DNA of 55,407 bases from an uncultured virus (IMG/VR IMGVR_UViG_2049941000_000602). Lineage: Duplodnaviria; Heunggongvirae; Uroviricota; Caudoviricetes. Shown here piece by piece: positions 11,052-21,314 of the stretch (positions are counted from its first letter, which is position 1; every line of letters begins with the position of its first letter). The stretch lies in IMG/VR virus record IMGVR_UViG_2049941000_000602; one strand, written 5' to 3'. The position numbers and the translations under genes are program-made. Below the pieces are notes generated by a model. The model ran no database searches. It was given only the letters and a program-made list of their open reading frames with translations, and was not told the origin of the DNA.

Positions 11052-12698
11052 ATGCAGAAGATATTCACAGGCAGCGGGCCGGTATTCGAGGCCGCAAACC
11101 GGGCGTTCAGCGCCCTGTTCGAGGGTTCGGGCGTTTCCAAGACGATGAGCAGGGCAAGGCACCTCCTTGTCGACGAGTACGGGTACACCCCGGAGGATGC
11201 CATGCAGGTCGTCCACCTGGTTAAGAACACCGTGTTCGACCCGATGGCGGCTCCTGGAACGAAGCCGGAGACAGACCCGAGCTTCAAGCAGCACATCGGG
11301 CTCATCCTGCCTATCGTGGAGTATGTTGCACGCGTTATCATACCGGAGTTCGACATAGCCGACGACACCCTGCACCAGAGGGTCTCGCACCTGGGCGAGA
11401 ACATAAGGGACTACCTTTCCATGCACCGCGGGGCATCCCTGGACGAAGAAACCATCGGGAAGCTGGACCGGTCACTGAAACCGGCAGCCGCGAAACCAGG
11501 CACCGGCGGAAACTACGTGGCAATCCCGGTAGGGTCCAGCGCGGAACTCCGGGAGAAACTGAAGGAATTGGGTGCCACCGACGTCGAATGGTGCATCCAG
11601 TCCGAGACCGCATGGGCCAAATATTCGGACGACGACGAGAACCAGTTCTACATACTGTACGACCGGTCGAGACCGAGATACGACCGCATGTCCATGGTCG
11701 GGACGTTCGTTACCCCGTCCAAGCGGGTGGCCAACGCGTTCGACCGCTCCAATACTGCGGTCAAGTTCATCGAGGCGGGACGACTGCTGGCGGCTGCCGG
11801 CGTGGAAGTGGCTGACATGGGCAGCCTGGGGTCCGCCCCGGGNNNNNNNNNNAGCCTGGAGTCCGCCCTGGAAGGGCAGCTATATGACCTGGCCGACCTC
11901 GTGGACGAATGCAAGGAACTGTCCCACGATGTGTTCCTGGTGAACGACCGCGCACACGGGGGAACGAACATCGTCGTATATGCCGACGGCAGGTACCGGC
12001 TGGTCTTGCCGGAATGGGTCGACGCCGACGAATGCAAGGTGCTGTATGACGGGAAGACCCCGCTGTACGTGACCGACGGGCATTCACTGTATTCGCTGCA
12101 GGAACCTTACGGGGAGTTGTGCGGGAGAGTCCCGGAGGGGCTGACGATAGGGGATTCCTTCGCCATCGACAATGCGCCCATCGTATTCGTTACCCGGGAT
12201 GGCCGGGCGGTCAACCTGCTTGACGCCGATACCGGCGAACTTTTACTTGCCGAATCGAGCGACGTCCCGTTCACGGACGCGAAGTTCTGCGGGGAGGACA
12301 GGTTCGCCTCCACAGGGTTCAGCCAGGCAAGCTACTGGATACTCTCCTATGAACCGAGGGACGGCAAGGGCGGCGCGCAGAAATTCTATGTCGTCACGAA
12401 GAAGGGACAGGACCTGGCCGATTGCCCGTGTACTGAAATACCTACCGGGTTTACCTTGGACGAAATAAGCCGCAACGGCAAGTTCTACAGCATTAAACGG
12501 TTGCCAAGGACGGCAGCGGACGAGGGCAAGCCCGGGACTTACCTGATGAGCGGGGGGAACAAGGTACTTCCGGACCCGTACAGGTATATCGACGACAACG
12601 GTGACGGTACCTGGTATATATTCAACAGCAGCGCCAAGGGCGAGCCGTACTACCTCCTCGATACCGATTCGGGAAATATCGAGAAGAAAATAGACTAG
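11052..12698 (+). CDS. Large hypothetical protein, possibly virion-internal
   Basis: N-terminal VFEA..ALFEG leader; central WCI..W..Y..QFYILYD motif; beta-rich C-terminal half; one gap. Confidence 0.65.
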   Translation: MQKIFTGSGPVFEAANRAFSALFEGSGVSKTMSRARHLLVDEYGYTPEDAMQVVHLVKNTVFDPMAAPGTKPETDPSFKQHIGLILPIVEYVARVIIPEFDIADDTLHQRVSHLGENIRDYLSMHRGASLDEETIGKLDRSLKPAAAKPGTGGNYVAIPVGSSAELREKLKELGATDVEWCIQSETAWAKYSDDDENQFYILYDRSRPRYDRMSMVGTFVTPSKRVANAFDRSNTAVKFIEAGRLLAAAGVEVADMGSLGSAPXXXXSLESALEGQLYDLADLVDECKELSHDVFLVNDRAHGGTNIVVYADGRYRLVLPEWVDADECKVLYDGKTPLYVTDGHSLYSLQEPYGELCGRVPEGLTIGDSFAIDNAPIVFVTRDGRAVNLLDADTGELLLAESSDVPFTDAKFCGEDRFASTGFSQASYWILSYEPRDGKGGAQKFYVVTKKGQDLADCPCTEIPTGFTLDEISRNGKFYSIKRLPRTAADEGKPGTYLMSGGNKVLPDPYRYIDDNGDGTWYIFNSSAKGEPYYLLDTDSGNIEKKID

Positions 12699-13051
12699 AG
12701 ACTCTTCCAGTCAGCCCTGGCCCTCGCCAGGGCATTTTCGTATTCCGACTTGGCCTGCACCATGTAGTGCTCTATGTGCTTCTTCAGCAGGTCGGCAGCT
12801 ATGTGCCGGTGTCCCGGCGAGAAGTATACCGCGTTACCGGCCTGGCAGTAGCCCTTGGAATCCACCTGCATTTCCGCGTAGCTGTCGCACTCGTCGACCT
12901 CCGATTCGGTTATCCCGTGGACGAGGTCCCACTTCATCACGTAAATGGCGTCCGGCTTCGGCCTGGTGACGTCGACCGTTACAGTTATGTCGTTCCCGGC
13001 AATATCCCGGAAAATCACCGCCTTTCCTGCCGTTGTGGTGGCGACCTGCAC
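12695..13051 (-). CDS. Hypothetical protein, 5' end lost in a gap
   Basis: Open frame converging on the stop of the 11052 gene. Confidence 0.5.
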   Translation of the reverse strand: MQVATTTAGKAVIFRDIAGNDITVTVDVTRPKPDAIYVMKWDLVHGITESEVDECDSYAEMQVDSKGYCQAGNAVYFSPGHRHIAADLLKKHIEHYMVQAKSEYENALARARADWKSL

Positions 13052-13061
13052 NNNNNNNNNN

Positions 13062-13160
13062 GGTTACGCCGAGTTCCTTCGGATGGATGTGGTGGAACTC
13101 TATGAGCGACCTGTCGTCGGTCTCGTAATTGCAGTTGGGGAAAACACAGCGGTACTTCAT
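13062..13160 (-). CDS. N-terminal fragment of an HNH-like/zinc-binding protein
   Basis: MKYRCVFPNC...IEFHHIHP; truncated by a gap. Confidence 0.5.
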
Positions 13161-13191
13161 GACACGAAACTATGCCCAACCCGTCCATTTT

Positions 13192-13203
13192 TTGCTATAT
13201 TTG
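13192..13203 (+). promoter_or_regulatory. TTGCTATATTTG promoter-like motif (allelic copy at 13441..13452)
   Basis: 5 nt before ATG 13209. Confidence 0.75.
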
Positions 13204-13208
13204 ACACG

Positions 13209-13863
13209 ATGAAATACATTATTTCCATTTTGCTCCTTTCAGTGTACTGCCTCGCACAGCAGCAGTACGGCGTCATGTCCGTATGCACCAAGGTCGACGG
13301 AACGGAGCACTGCTTCCTGACCCCCGGGGAATACCGGGCGGTGGAGATGGACGGCACTACGGTGGTCGCCGCCGGGGTCAACCAAGNNNNNNNNNNNNNN
13401 NNNNNNNNNNNNNNNNNNNNNNNNNNNNACCGTCCATTTTTTGCTATATTTGGCATGATGAGATACATTATTTCCATTTTGCTCCTTTCAGTGTACTGCT
13501 TCGCACAGCAGCAGTACGGCGTAATGTCCGTATGCACCAAGGTAGACGGAACGGAGCACTGCTTCCTGACCCCCGGGGAATACCGGGCGGTGGAAATGGA
13601 CGGCACCACGGTGGTCGCCGCAGGGTTCAACATACAGAAGTACACGTCGATAGGGAAGGAGACCGTGTTCACGAACAGGAACGGCTCCTCGGTAAGGTTC
13701 TGGGAGTCCCGTGACGAATACGGGAACCGCTACCTGATGCACGCGAGCAGGAACAACCTGTTNNNNNNNNNNGCTGTACAGGTTCGAGGAGACCGACAGT
13801 ATCGACTCGCAGATGGAATTTATCGTGAAATGCCGCGAAAGCAGGGCAAAAGGAAAGAAATAA
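13209..13863 (+). CDS. Secreted hypothetical protein (two alleles co-assembled)
   Basis: MKYIISILLLSVYCLAQ signal peptide; 5' half repeated across a gap. Confidence 0.6.
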
Positions 13864-15401
13864 TGAACAAGCTACCACTTTTGGCGGACTACCTGGCTCG
13901 TGCCGAGGGTCCGGACCTCATCAAGGCGGTGTCGCCTGACGGGAAATACGTAAAGTTCAAGTACACCGATACGGCAATCTTCAACGGGCACTGGGACGTG
14001 ATTACACTGAATGCCCGCGGGCACGTGTTCCGNNNNNNNNNNCCCGGGCGACCCGATAGACGGCCTGAAGGATTTGCACCTGTACAGGTCAATTGTAAAC
14101 ACCTTTACCGAGTCGACTGCCAAGGGTACCCTGGATGGCAACAAGTTGACGTTCAAGGTCGACCCGAGCCACATGAGCTGCGCGTTCAAGGATATGATGC
14201 TTCTGCATGGTTTTCCACCCGAGTGCCAGTCGGTTCTTGACTGCTTCGACAAGGACACCCGGGAAATCTCCCTGGTGCTGACCTGGGGAAAGGAGGACGC
14301 CGTTTTCAGGATANNNNNNNNNNAAAAGACGGTGCTCGACGAGAACCGGAACAAGGAACAGTAATGAAGAGGAAAATTAACTACATAGGCGGGAACATGC
14401 CGGCACGCCTGATTGAGTACACGGCGGACCTGCAGTCGCCGGACGGGCATACAATCGTAGGCAACGCGTACGTCAGCCGTTTCGGGTACTTGGCAATTTG
14501 GCGAGACGTGACCACCGACAGGCAGTCGATGGACGAGCCCGACCTGGACGCNNNNNNNNNNATCGCCGGCATAGTCGACGGGGAGCTCATGGTCACCACT
14601 TCCGGCTCGTTCACCGCGTGGCAGGGGGCCTGGGCGAACGGATGGCTGATAGAGAACAAGGTGCAGACGCATATGGTACCCGGACTGACTTACCTGTTCG
14701 AGATTATAGCTGACGAGGACCTGCACCCGATACGCTACGACTATGAAGGATGCGTGCTCACCGGTATAATCGACAATGCTACCGGCGTCGAGCAGCCCTA
14801 TGCCGAGCTTCAGCGGTTCGCCGCCGAGGCCGGCATCCGAGTTACCCAGCAGGTAATCCTCGACTCCTTCGAGGAGACCCTGGAATACGTCAAGTCCCTC
14901 CCGGCAAACAAGGAAGGGCTCGTGGTAACCTATCTCGGGAACGGGTTCAAGCTGAAGCTCAAGGGGCCGGAATTCCTCGCCGTCCAGCGTCTGTTCCACG
15001 GGCTTTCCGAGAAGAGCCTGCTCGGCACCTTCGACCCCGACATCATGATGTTCCCGGAGGATTCCAGGAAGATGGTCCCGGAAGAGTTCACTGAGCTCAC
15101 CGACTTCATGGACACTTACGAGAAGCGGTACTCCCTCAAGTATTACGAGATTCTGGGCTTCGGCCTGCACTGCAAGCTACGGAAAGTCGACATCAAGGGC
15201 AGGGAAATCTACGACCGCGCATACAGGATGTTCGGCGACGACTGCCCGCGGCTGATAGCCACGGCGTGCGACTTCGCCCGCAAGATGGTAAGGGCCGGGG
15301 ACGACCTGGCCGAAATGGAACGCCTCGGCAAGACCCTGGCAAAGGATACCGCCGAAGCGCTGGAAAAGACGGTGCTCGACGAGAACAGGAACAAGGAATA
15401 G
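13863..15401 (+). CDS. T4 Rnl1/RnlA-like RNA ligase (pieces 13863..14032 and 14562..15401, with misplaced fragments between)
   Basis: FKYT..WD..TLNARG, TTSGSF, TYLFEII, EGLVV and KLKLKG motifs; the KxDG motif presumably falls in a gap. Confidence 0.85.
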
Positions 15402-15403
15402 TC

Positions 15404-15643
15404 ATGCACCGCACAATCAAATATGACAACGGAAACATGCCTGGACGGCTCGTGGAGTACACGGCGGACGTGCAGTCCCCGGACGGACATACAATCGTCG
15501 GCAATGCGTACGTCAGCCGTTTCGGGTTCCAGGTAAAGTGGCGCAACGTAACCACCAGCACAAAAATCATGGAAGAACCTGACCTCGATGCGGCGATTGG
15601 ACAGCTGATTGAACAGCTGTCCCGCACCGGGAACAAGCTCGTA
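15404..15643 (+). CDS. Hypothetical protein (divergent allele at 14364..14551)
   Basis: Both copies follow the RNA ligase 3' end and an AAGGAA RBS. Confidence 0.55.
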
Positions 15644-15653
15644 NNNNNNNNNN

Positions 15654-17461
15654 ACAAGTCAGATGGCAGGCGCAAGGTAGCCATAGTCATGGTCGTGGAG
15701 GACAAGCCGAGCTATTCCGGCGCGACCGCATTGACCCACCGTCTTCGCATGGTTGAACTGGCCGCATACCACCAGACATGCCTCAAGGTATACGAAACGA
15801 TGGCGGACTACGTCTTTGTCGTGCCGAAGAAGGGCTCCCTGGAGGAAACCATAACGGAATCTCTCGGTCTTAACCTTGGCAAGACATTCATCGTAATGGA
15901 CGCTGCGCAGTGGAACAGCCAGCTCAGCCATATCGCCATCAACGGAAAGACAACCGTGACCTACATGCGTGAAATGAGCGATATGCTGATAAATGAATCG
16001 CGCTTCATTGTATTCAGAAGCGGTTCGGAAGAGGTCAAGCCCGGGCCCACAAACGTAAAACGGTCAATCATGACTGTGTCCAGTGCAGTAGTGCCCCTGG
16101 TGCACGAAGGCGACGTGAGACGGCACATGAAGTACAATCCACTGTATAACGGAACGGAAGTCCCGGCATATACCAGGGATTTCATCGCGGCCAACGGGAT
16201 GTACAACCAGACGACCCCATTGACGATGGAAATGGAAACCGGTGCCGTAGTCCAGAACTATGACCCGGACAAGTACCCGAAATGCTCAGTGACAGCAACC
16301 GTCGTAGTCTACAGCAATAACATGGTGCTCCTTGTAAAGCGCAAGGAGGCGCCGTTCAAGAACTTCTGGGCTCTCCCCGGAGATTTCGCGGAACCCCGCN
16401 NNNNNNNNNATCAGGCTTTCCGACATAGACGGCATAGATGAGGGGAACGACAACCTGCTGTTTTACTGTGCGCACCCGGTCCAGATAATGGTCCCGTCAT
16501 TGCTGAAGTTCCCGTACAATGTCAAGTTCCACGAACGCTGCAAGGTTACAGTCGACAAGTATATCCCGATAGACGAAGCGAAGAAGGACGGGGAAAGCGA
16601 CATCGACTGCATTGACCGTATCGCCAAGAAGATAGCCGACTCATACAAAGAGAAGTCGGCTTATGTCGCCGGCCTCATAGCCGAGCAGGACGGAAAGGCC
16701 GAGAAGTACAGCAACCTGATAAAGACCTATGCCGAACTCTGCTTGAAGGCAATCGCGTCCCGACTGTCAATAGCGCAGTATTCCATCCTGCTCCATGACA
16801 TCTGCGTGGCATACCGCAAGCTCGTACCCGGAGACCCGATAGACGGCCTGAAGGAACTGCACCTGTACAGGTCAATGGTGAATACCTTTGTATTGCCGGC
16901 CGAGAAAGGAACGATGGACGGTAACAAGGTGACGTTCAAGGTCGACCTGAGCAACATGGCAGTCAATTTCAAGGATGTGATGATGATGCATGGCTTTCCA
17001 TCCGAGTGCCAGTCGGTTCTTGACTGCATCGACAAGGACACCAGTGAAATCTCCCTGGTGCTGACCTGGGGAAAGGAGGACACCATCTTCAGGATANNNN
17101 NNNNNNNNNNNNNNNNNNNNNNNNNNNNNNNNNNNNNNNNNNNNNNNNNAAGAAAGAGGTCAGTATCGAAATCTTCCCGGCCCAGGTGAAGCACGTCGGC
17201 GTATATACCCCGGACGACCCCAGGGCCACCGCGAAGGAAGGACACTGGGCGTATGACGTTGGCCTTGCCGTAGGCATAGATGCAATCGCTATCCCTGCCG
17301 TCAAGGCCGGCGACGATGCAGTCGAGGCCGAATGGGTTCCGATGGATGACGCGCTGGAAGCGAACCTCGCGTTCCACCACAGCAAGATTCTCAAGGATTT
17401 CCACAGCCGTTACCCCAATGGCCTTCCCGGGCCGTACGGCATCACCACGATAGCGCTCTAG
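15654..17461 (+). CDS. NadD/NMNAT-like domain fused to a NUDIX (ADP-ribose pyrophosphatase-like) domain; pieces 15654..16399 and 17150..17461
   Basis: HRLRMVELA, SSAVV and VPAYTRDFIAANGMY (NadD-like); VLLVKRK..PF..WALPG, DPR, AGDDA..AEW and LAFHH (NadM/NrtR-type NUDIX). Confidence 0.65.
16410..17096 (+). CDS. Hypothetical protein fragment (divergent allele at 14043..14313)
   Basis: Open frame between gaps. Confidence 0.5.
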
Positions 17462-17469
17462 GAGGCAGG

Positions 17470-18562
17470 ATGCAGAAGTTTCTAGTATGCCCCGCGGTAG
17501 GCGGCGCCGCGATATCGTTCGCCGCAGTCAAGTACCTCATCAGGGAATGCGGCGACGGCATCGACCCGCTGTACCGCTACATGAACGACCACCCCGGGGA
17601 ACACGTTTCCGAATCAGGGGGCAAGGTCGGCTTTCCCGGCGAAGGCCTGTACAGCCCGCTCCTTACCGAGTGGTGGAGGCTCTTCTCCAGCCGGAGGATA
17701 ACGCACGGGCAGGAACTGACATTCGACGACNNNNNNNNNNGCCGGCGCAAGGAAGCCATCGTCATGGTCGTGGAGGACAAGCCGAGCTATTCCGGCGCAA
17801 CCGCCTTGAGCCAGCGTCTTCGCATGGCTGAACTGGCCGCATACCACCAGACATGCATCAAGGTATTCGAAACGATGGCGGACTACGTCTTTGTCGTGCC
17901 GAAGAAAGGTTCCCTGGAGGAAACCATAACGGAATCTCTCGGTCTTGTCCTTGGCAAGACATTCATCGTAATGGACGCCGCACAGTGGAACAACCAGCTC
18001 AACCATATCGCCATCAACNNNNNNNNNNNNNNNNNNNNNNNNNNNNNNNNNNNNNNNNNNAGACCCCGCTGAGGATAGTCGAGGTACCGGACGGGTACTA
18101 CTGCGGGGTGACCGAGGATTCCGAGACCGGCTGCGAGTTCGTGGAGGAATATCCCCGGATTTGGCACGCCAGGTCCGACGACGAGTACATGGCCATCGCC
18201 GCCGTGAAGCGGTTCGTCGCCCACGACGCGTCGAAGGGGGACTGGTACCAGGAACTGAAGGTGTACGACCTCAGCACCGGAGGCTGCGGAATCAGGCTGG
18301 TCCTGTCCGGCAAGTACGGTGCGGCCAGGTGCGTCAACGGCGAGGGCGAGAAGAAGTACCTGTTCCTCACCAGGAACGAGTACTACAGGGCCACCGAGGA
18401 GCACCCGGAAAAGACGATATTCGAAATCAACGACCTGGCGGAAACCAGGTTCACCAACAGCGACCCGTTCGTCGACGCCGACAGGGTGTCCGCATACGCC
18501 AGACTGGTAGGGCTCCTCGAAGCGGACGCCCATACCGAGAAAATCGTAAACGGGGGAGAAGG
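17470..18562 (+). CDS. Hypothetical protein(s), gap-broken (17470..17730 and 18061..18562)
   Basis: GGAGG RBS; 17741..18018 is a misplaced allele of the NadD-like gene. Confidence 0.45.
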
Positions 18563-18647
18563 NNNNNNNNNNTTCCGCCTACGCCAGACTGGTCGGACTC
18601 CTCGAAGCGGACGCCCATACCGAGAAAATCGTAAACGGAGGCGAAGG

Positions 18648-18839
18648 ATGATGACCCTGCTGATAATGCTGCTCGCCATTCTCGCCGTGCTGTCGCTGGT
18701 GTACCTGTGGTTCGTGCTCAAGAGCGACGAGAAGTTCGACCCGGGTTCGTCTATGTCGAGGAAGGACCACATTATTTCCGCGATAGTCACGTTCCTGGTG
18801 GCCATACTCTGCATAGCTTTCTGCCTCGGAGGATTCTGA
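18648..18839 (+). CDS. Small two-TM membrane protein
   Basis: GGAGG RBS; two hydrophobic segments. Confidence 0.65.
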   Translation: MMTLLIMLLAILAVLSLVYLWFVLKSDEKFDPGSSMSRKDHIISAIVTFLVAILCIAFCLGGF

Positions 18840-19284
18840 TGTACGAATACGTAAAGTCGTTCATATCGAAGGACCTTCTNNNNNNNNNNNNNNNNNNNNN
18901 NNNNNNNNNNNNNNNNNNNNNNNNNNNNNNNNNNNNNNNNNNNNNNNNNNNNNNNNNNNNNNNNNNNNNNNNNNNNNNNNNNNNNNNNNNNNNNNNNNNN
19001 NNNNNNNNNNNNNNNNNNNNNNNNNNNNNNNNNNNNNNNNNNNNNNNNNNNNNNNNNNNNNNNNNNNNNNNNNNNNNNNNNNNNNNNNNNNNNNNNNNNN
19101 NNNNNNNNNNNNNNNNNNNNNNNNNNNNNNNNNNNNNNNNNNNNNNNNNNNNNNNNNNNNNNNNNNNNNNNNNNNNNNNNNNNNNNNNNNNCTCGTCCAT
19201 GTCGAGGAAGGACCACATGATTTCCGCGATAGTCACGTTCCTTGTGGCCATACTCTGCATAGCTTTCTGCCTCGAAGGATTCTG

Positions 19285-19806
19285 ATGTACGAATACGTAA
19301 AGTCGTTCATATCGAAGGACCTTCTCGACTCCCGCGACGAGAAGCTCATGAAGGAACTGCGGGACTTCGCCGACGAGGAGCTGGACTCAATCCGTCAGGA
19401 GAGGCACGACGCCGTCCTCAAGGACCTGGCTCCGGCCTATACCGGGAAATACCTGCTTCTCTGTGGCGGGACGCCCACGAAGATTGGCTTCACGATACCG
19501 GAGAAGGATGACTTTGTTATCGTCTACGTGAAAAAGGTGCACCATGCAGGGGAAGGGTTCTTCACCTGCGACGCCGCCATCATGCGAATCAAGTACACGT
19601 CGGAGAAAACCCCGGAGGAATCGCTGAACGTGTTCAGCAAGAAATTCTCCAAGGTATCCGTCGCGACGTACAACGACCCGTGCATGAGAATCAACTTTAC
19701 CGACAACCAGCGTTTAATCACCGAAGAGGAAGTCGACAAGTACGTGCAGAGTGCCCAGCTAGACTTGGCAAACAACTATACATGGTTCCTGGAGCAAAAG
19801 CAATGA
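19285..19806 (+). CDS. Hypothetical protein
   Basis: Intact ORF with overlapping start and stop. Confidence 0.7.
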   Translation: MYEYVKSFISKDLLDSRDEKLMKELRDFADEELDSIRQERHDAVLKDLAPAYTGKYLLLCGGTPTKIGFTIPEKDDFVIVYVKKVHHAGEGFFTCDAAIMRIKYTSEKTPEESLNVFSKKFSKVSVATYNDPCMRINFTDNQRLITEEEVDKYVQSAQLDLANNYTWFLEQKQ

Positions 19807-20658
19807 AAATACTACACCTTACGGACATCCACCTGAACAGCGTATACGAGTCCAGCTTCCCGGCAATGGGCCACCTGGAGCGAATCCTCAGGGATACTTC
19901 CGGCATGGGAAGCCTGGTCGACGCCGTCGTAGTCACCGGCGACCTCGTTGACGAGGGCAAGTTCGTCGACTACCTCGACCTGTTCAATCTCCTCGCCATC
20001 ACCTACGGCGTAGAGACGCCAATCCTGGTCACCCCCGGGAACCACGACAACCGCAAGGCTTTCGCCGAAGCATACGACGAGTTCCGCCAGGGCAAGTCAT
20101 GGAGGAANNNNNNNNNNCTAAGAATCAACTTTACCGACAACCAGCGTTTAATCACCGAAGAGGAAGTCGANNNNNNNNNNCTCGGAAAACATCAGCATCT
20201 ACGGCAGCTTCGAGAACCCCGGCGAGGCAGTCACGATACTCAACACGTTNNNNNNNNNNATCGGAAAACATCAGCATTTACGGCAGCTTCGAGAACCCCG
20301 GCGAGGCAGTCACGATACTCAACACGTTCAAGACCACGCCCGGAGGGAGCACGTACAAGGCGCGCTCGGCGGTCCTCATGGACACTGGACACAGGGCGTT
20401 CCCGTACCAGGGCCTGTGCCGCCTGATGTCATGCTTCGGCGCGGACAGCAAAAAATGGCCACAGTACATACTGTTCACCCACATGCCCATCATCAGGCCG
20501 TTCCACAAGTTCATGAACAAGCCCGGTTTCACCATCGAGGATGACGATGGGGTGTTCCTGGCCGGCCTGGAGCAGAGCGGCTGCCAGGCGATTGTCTGCG
20601 GACACTACCACTGCGAGTCACACATGGTTGCCAGGTACATGGCGGACCTGCAGTCGCC
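19803..20658 (+). CDS. Icc/CpdA-like metallophosphoesterase (gap-broken)
   Basis: HLTDIHL, VTGDLVD, PGNHD, THMP and CGHYH motifs. Confidence 0.85.
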
Positions 20659-20668
20659 NNNNNNNNNN

Positions 20669-21026
20669 CACGCAGATTGGCGAGACCGGCTACCGCTACT
20701 GCACCACGCTCGAGATGCTCAGGGGAATCGCGTCCGATACCGTATTCTACGTAATCGACCCCGCCGGGTACGACTTCTGCGAGAAGTACCGGGACGAGTT
20801 CAACATGAAGGTCATTTACGTCTGCGCCAGCAGCGTACTCCGGGAATCCCGGGCGAATTCCAGGAACGGGGACAGCACCAGCTGGCTCAAGCGCTGTGCA
20901 GACGAGGACGCCGAGTTCACCGACTTCGAGAAGAGGATGCCCTGGGACGCGCTCGTCGAGAACGACGGCGACGTGGAGGAAGCACAGAAAAGGTTCGTAA
21001 CCATAGTTAAGTCAATGCTGGAGTGA
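20669..21026 (+). CDS. Guanylate kinase-like protein, C-terminal part
   Basis: GYRYCTT, YVIDPAG, VIYV..R..R..R and VEND resemble Gmk; the P-loop is lost in a gap. Confidence 0.6.
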
Positions 21027-21033
21027 AAATAAC

Positions 21034-21219
21034 ATGAATGTACTTATTGTACTATGTATCGTCGCCTTGACGCTCGGCGTGCTCAAGTTCCTGCTCAGCC
21101 GCCGCTGCGTGCACACGTGGCATACCATCGAGGAAGTGTCCACCGGGAAGTGCAACACCTACGTGCAGAGATGCACCAAGTGCGGGTCGCTCCGCGTGCA
21201 GAAGCTCAAGGTGAGATAA
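21034..21219 (+). CDS. Small membrane-anchored zinc-ribbon protein
   Basis: N-terminal TM, CxHxW and CTKCG. Confidence 0.65.
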   Translation: MNVLIVLCIVALTLGVLKFLLSRRCVHTWHTIEEVSTGKCNTYVQRCTKCGSLRVQKLKVR

Positions 21220-21221
21220 AA

Positions 21222-21233
21222 TTGCTATATTTG
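21222..21233 (+). promoter_or_regulatory. TTGCTATATTTG promoter-like motif
   Basis: Exact copy, directly before the candidate sRNA. Confidence 0.75.
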
Positions 21234-21235
21234 TA

Positions 21236-21300
21236 GGGTCGCCCGGGTCTTTTTTCAAACTCCTTTTGTTTTCAGGTTCCCCGGGCGACCCAACTTTTTT
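21236..21300 (+). ncRNA. Candidate small RNA or structured leader: 12-bp GC stem, 32-nt pyrimidine-rich loop with anti-SD, U-tract
   Basis: GGGTCGCCCGGG/CCCGGGCGACCC; the loop contains ACTCCTTTT; TTTTTT follows. Confidence 0.5.
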
Positions 21301-21314
21301 CATACGAGGATATC

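Noticed and set aside
12543..12550. CTGATGAG hammerhead-like core
   Set aside because: Inside a coding region, with no supporting stems or GAAA partner
14364..15401. Apparent novel N-terminal domain fused to the RNA ligase
   Set aside because: The fusion crosses a 10-N gap; the true ligase N-terminus is at 13863 and the 14364 piece is an allele of the downstream gene
14043..17096. Diversity-generating retroelement TR/VR pairs suggested by diverged copies
   Set aside because: Differences are not adenine-specific and no reverse transcriptase is visible
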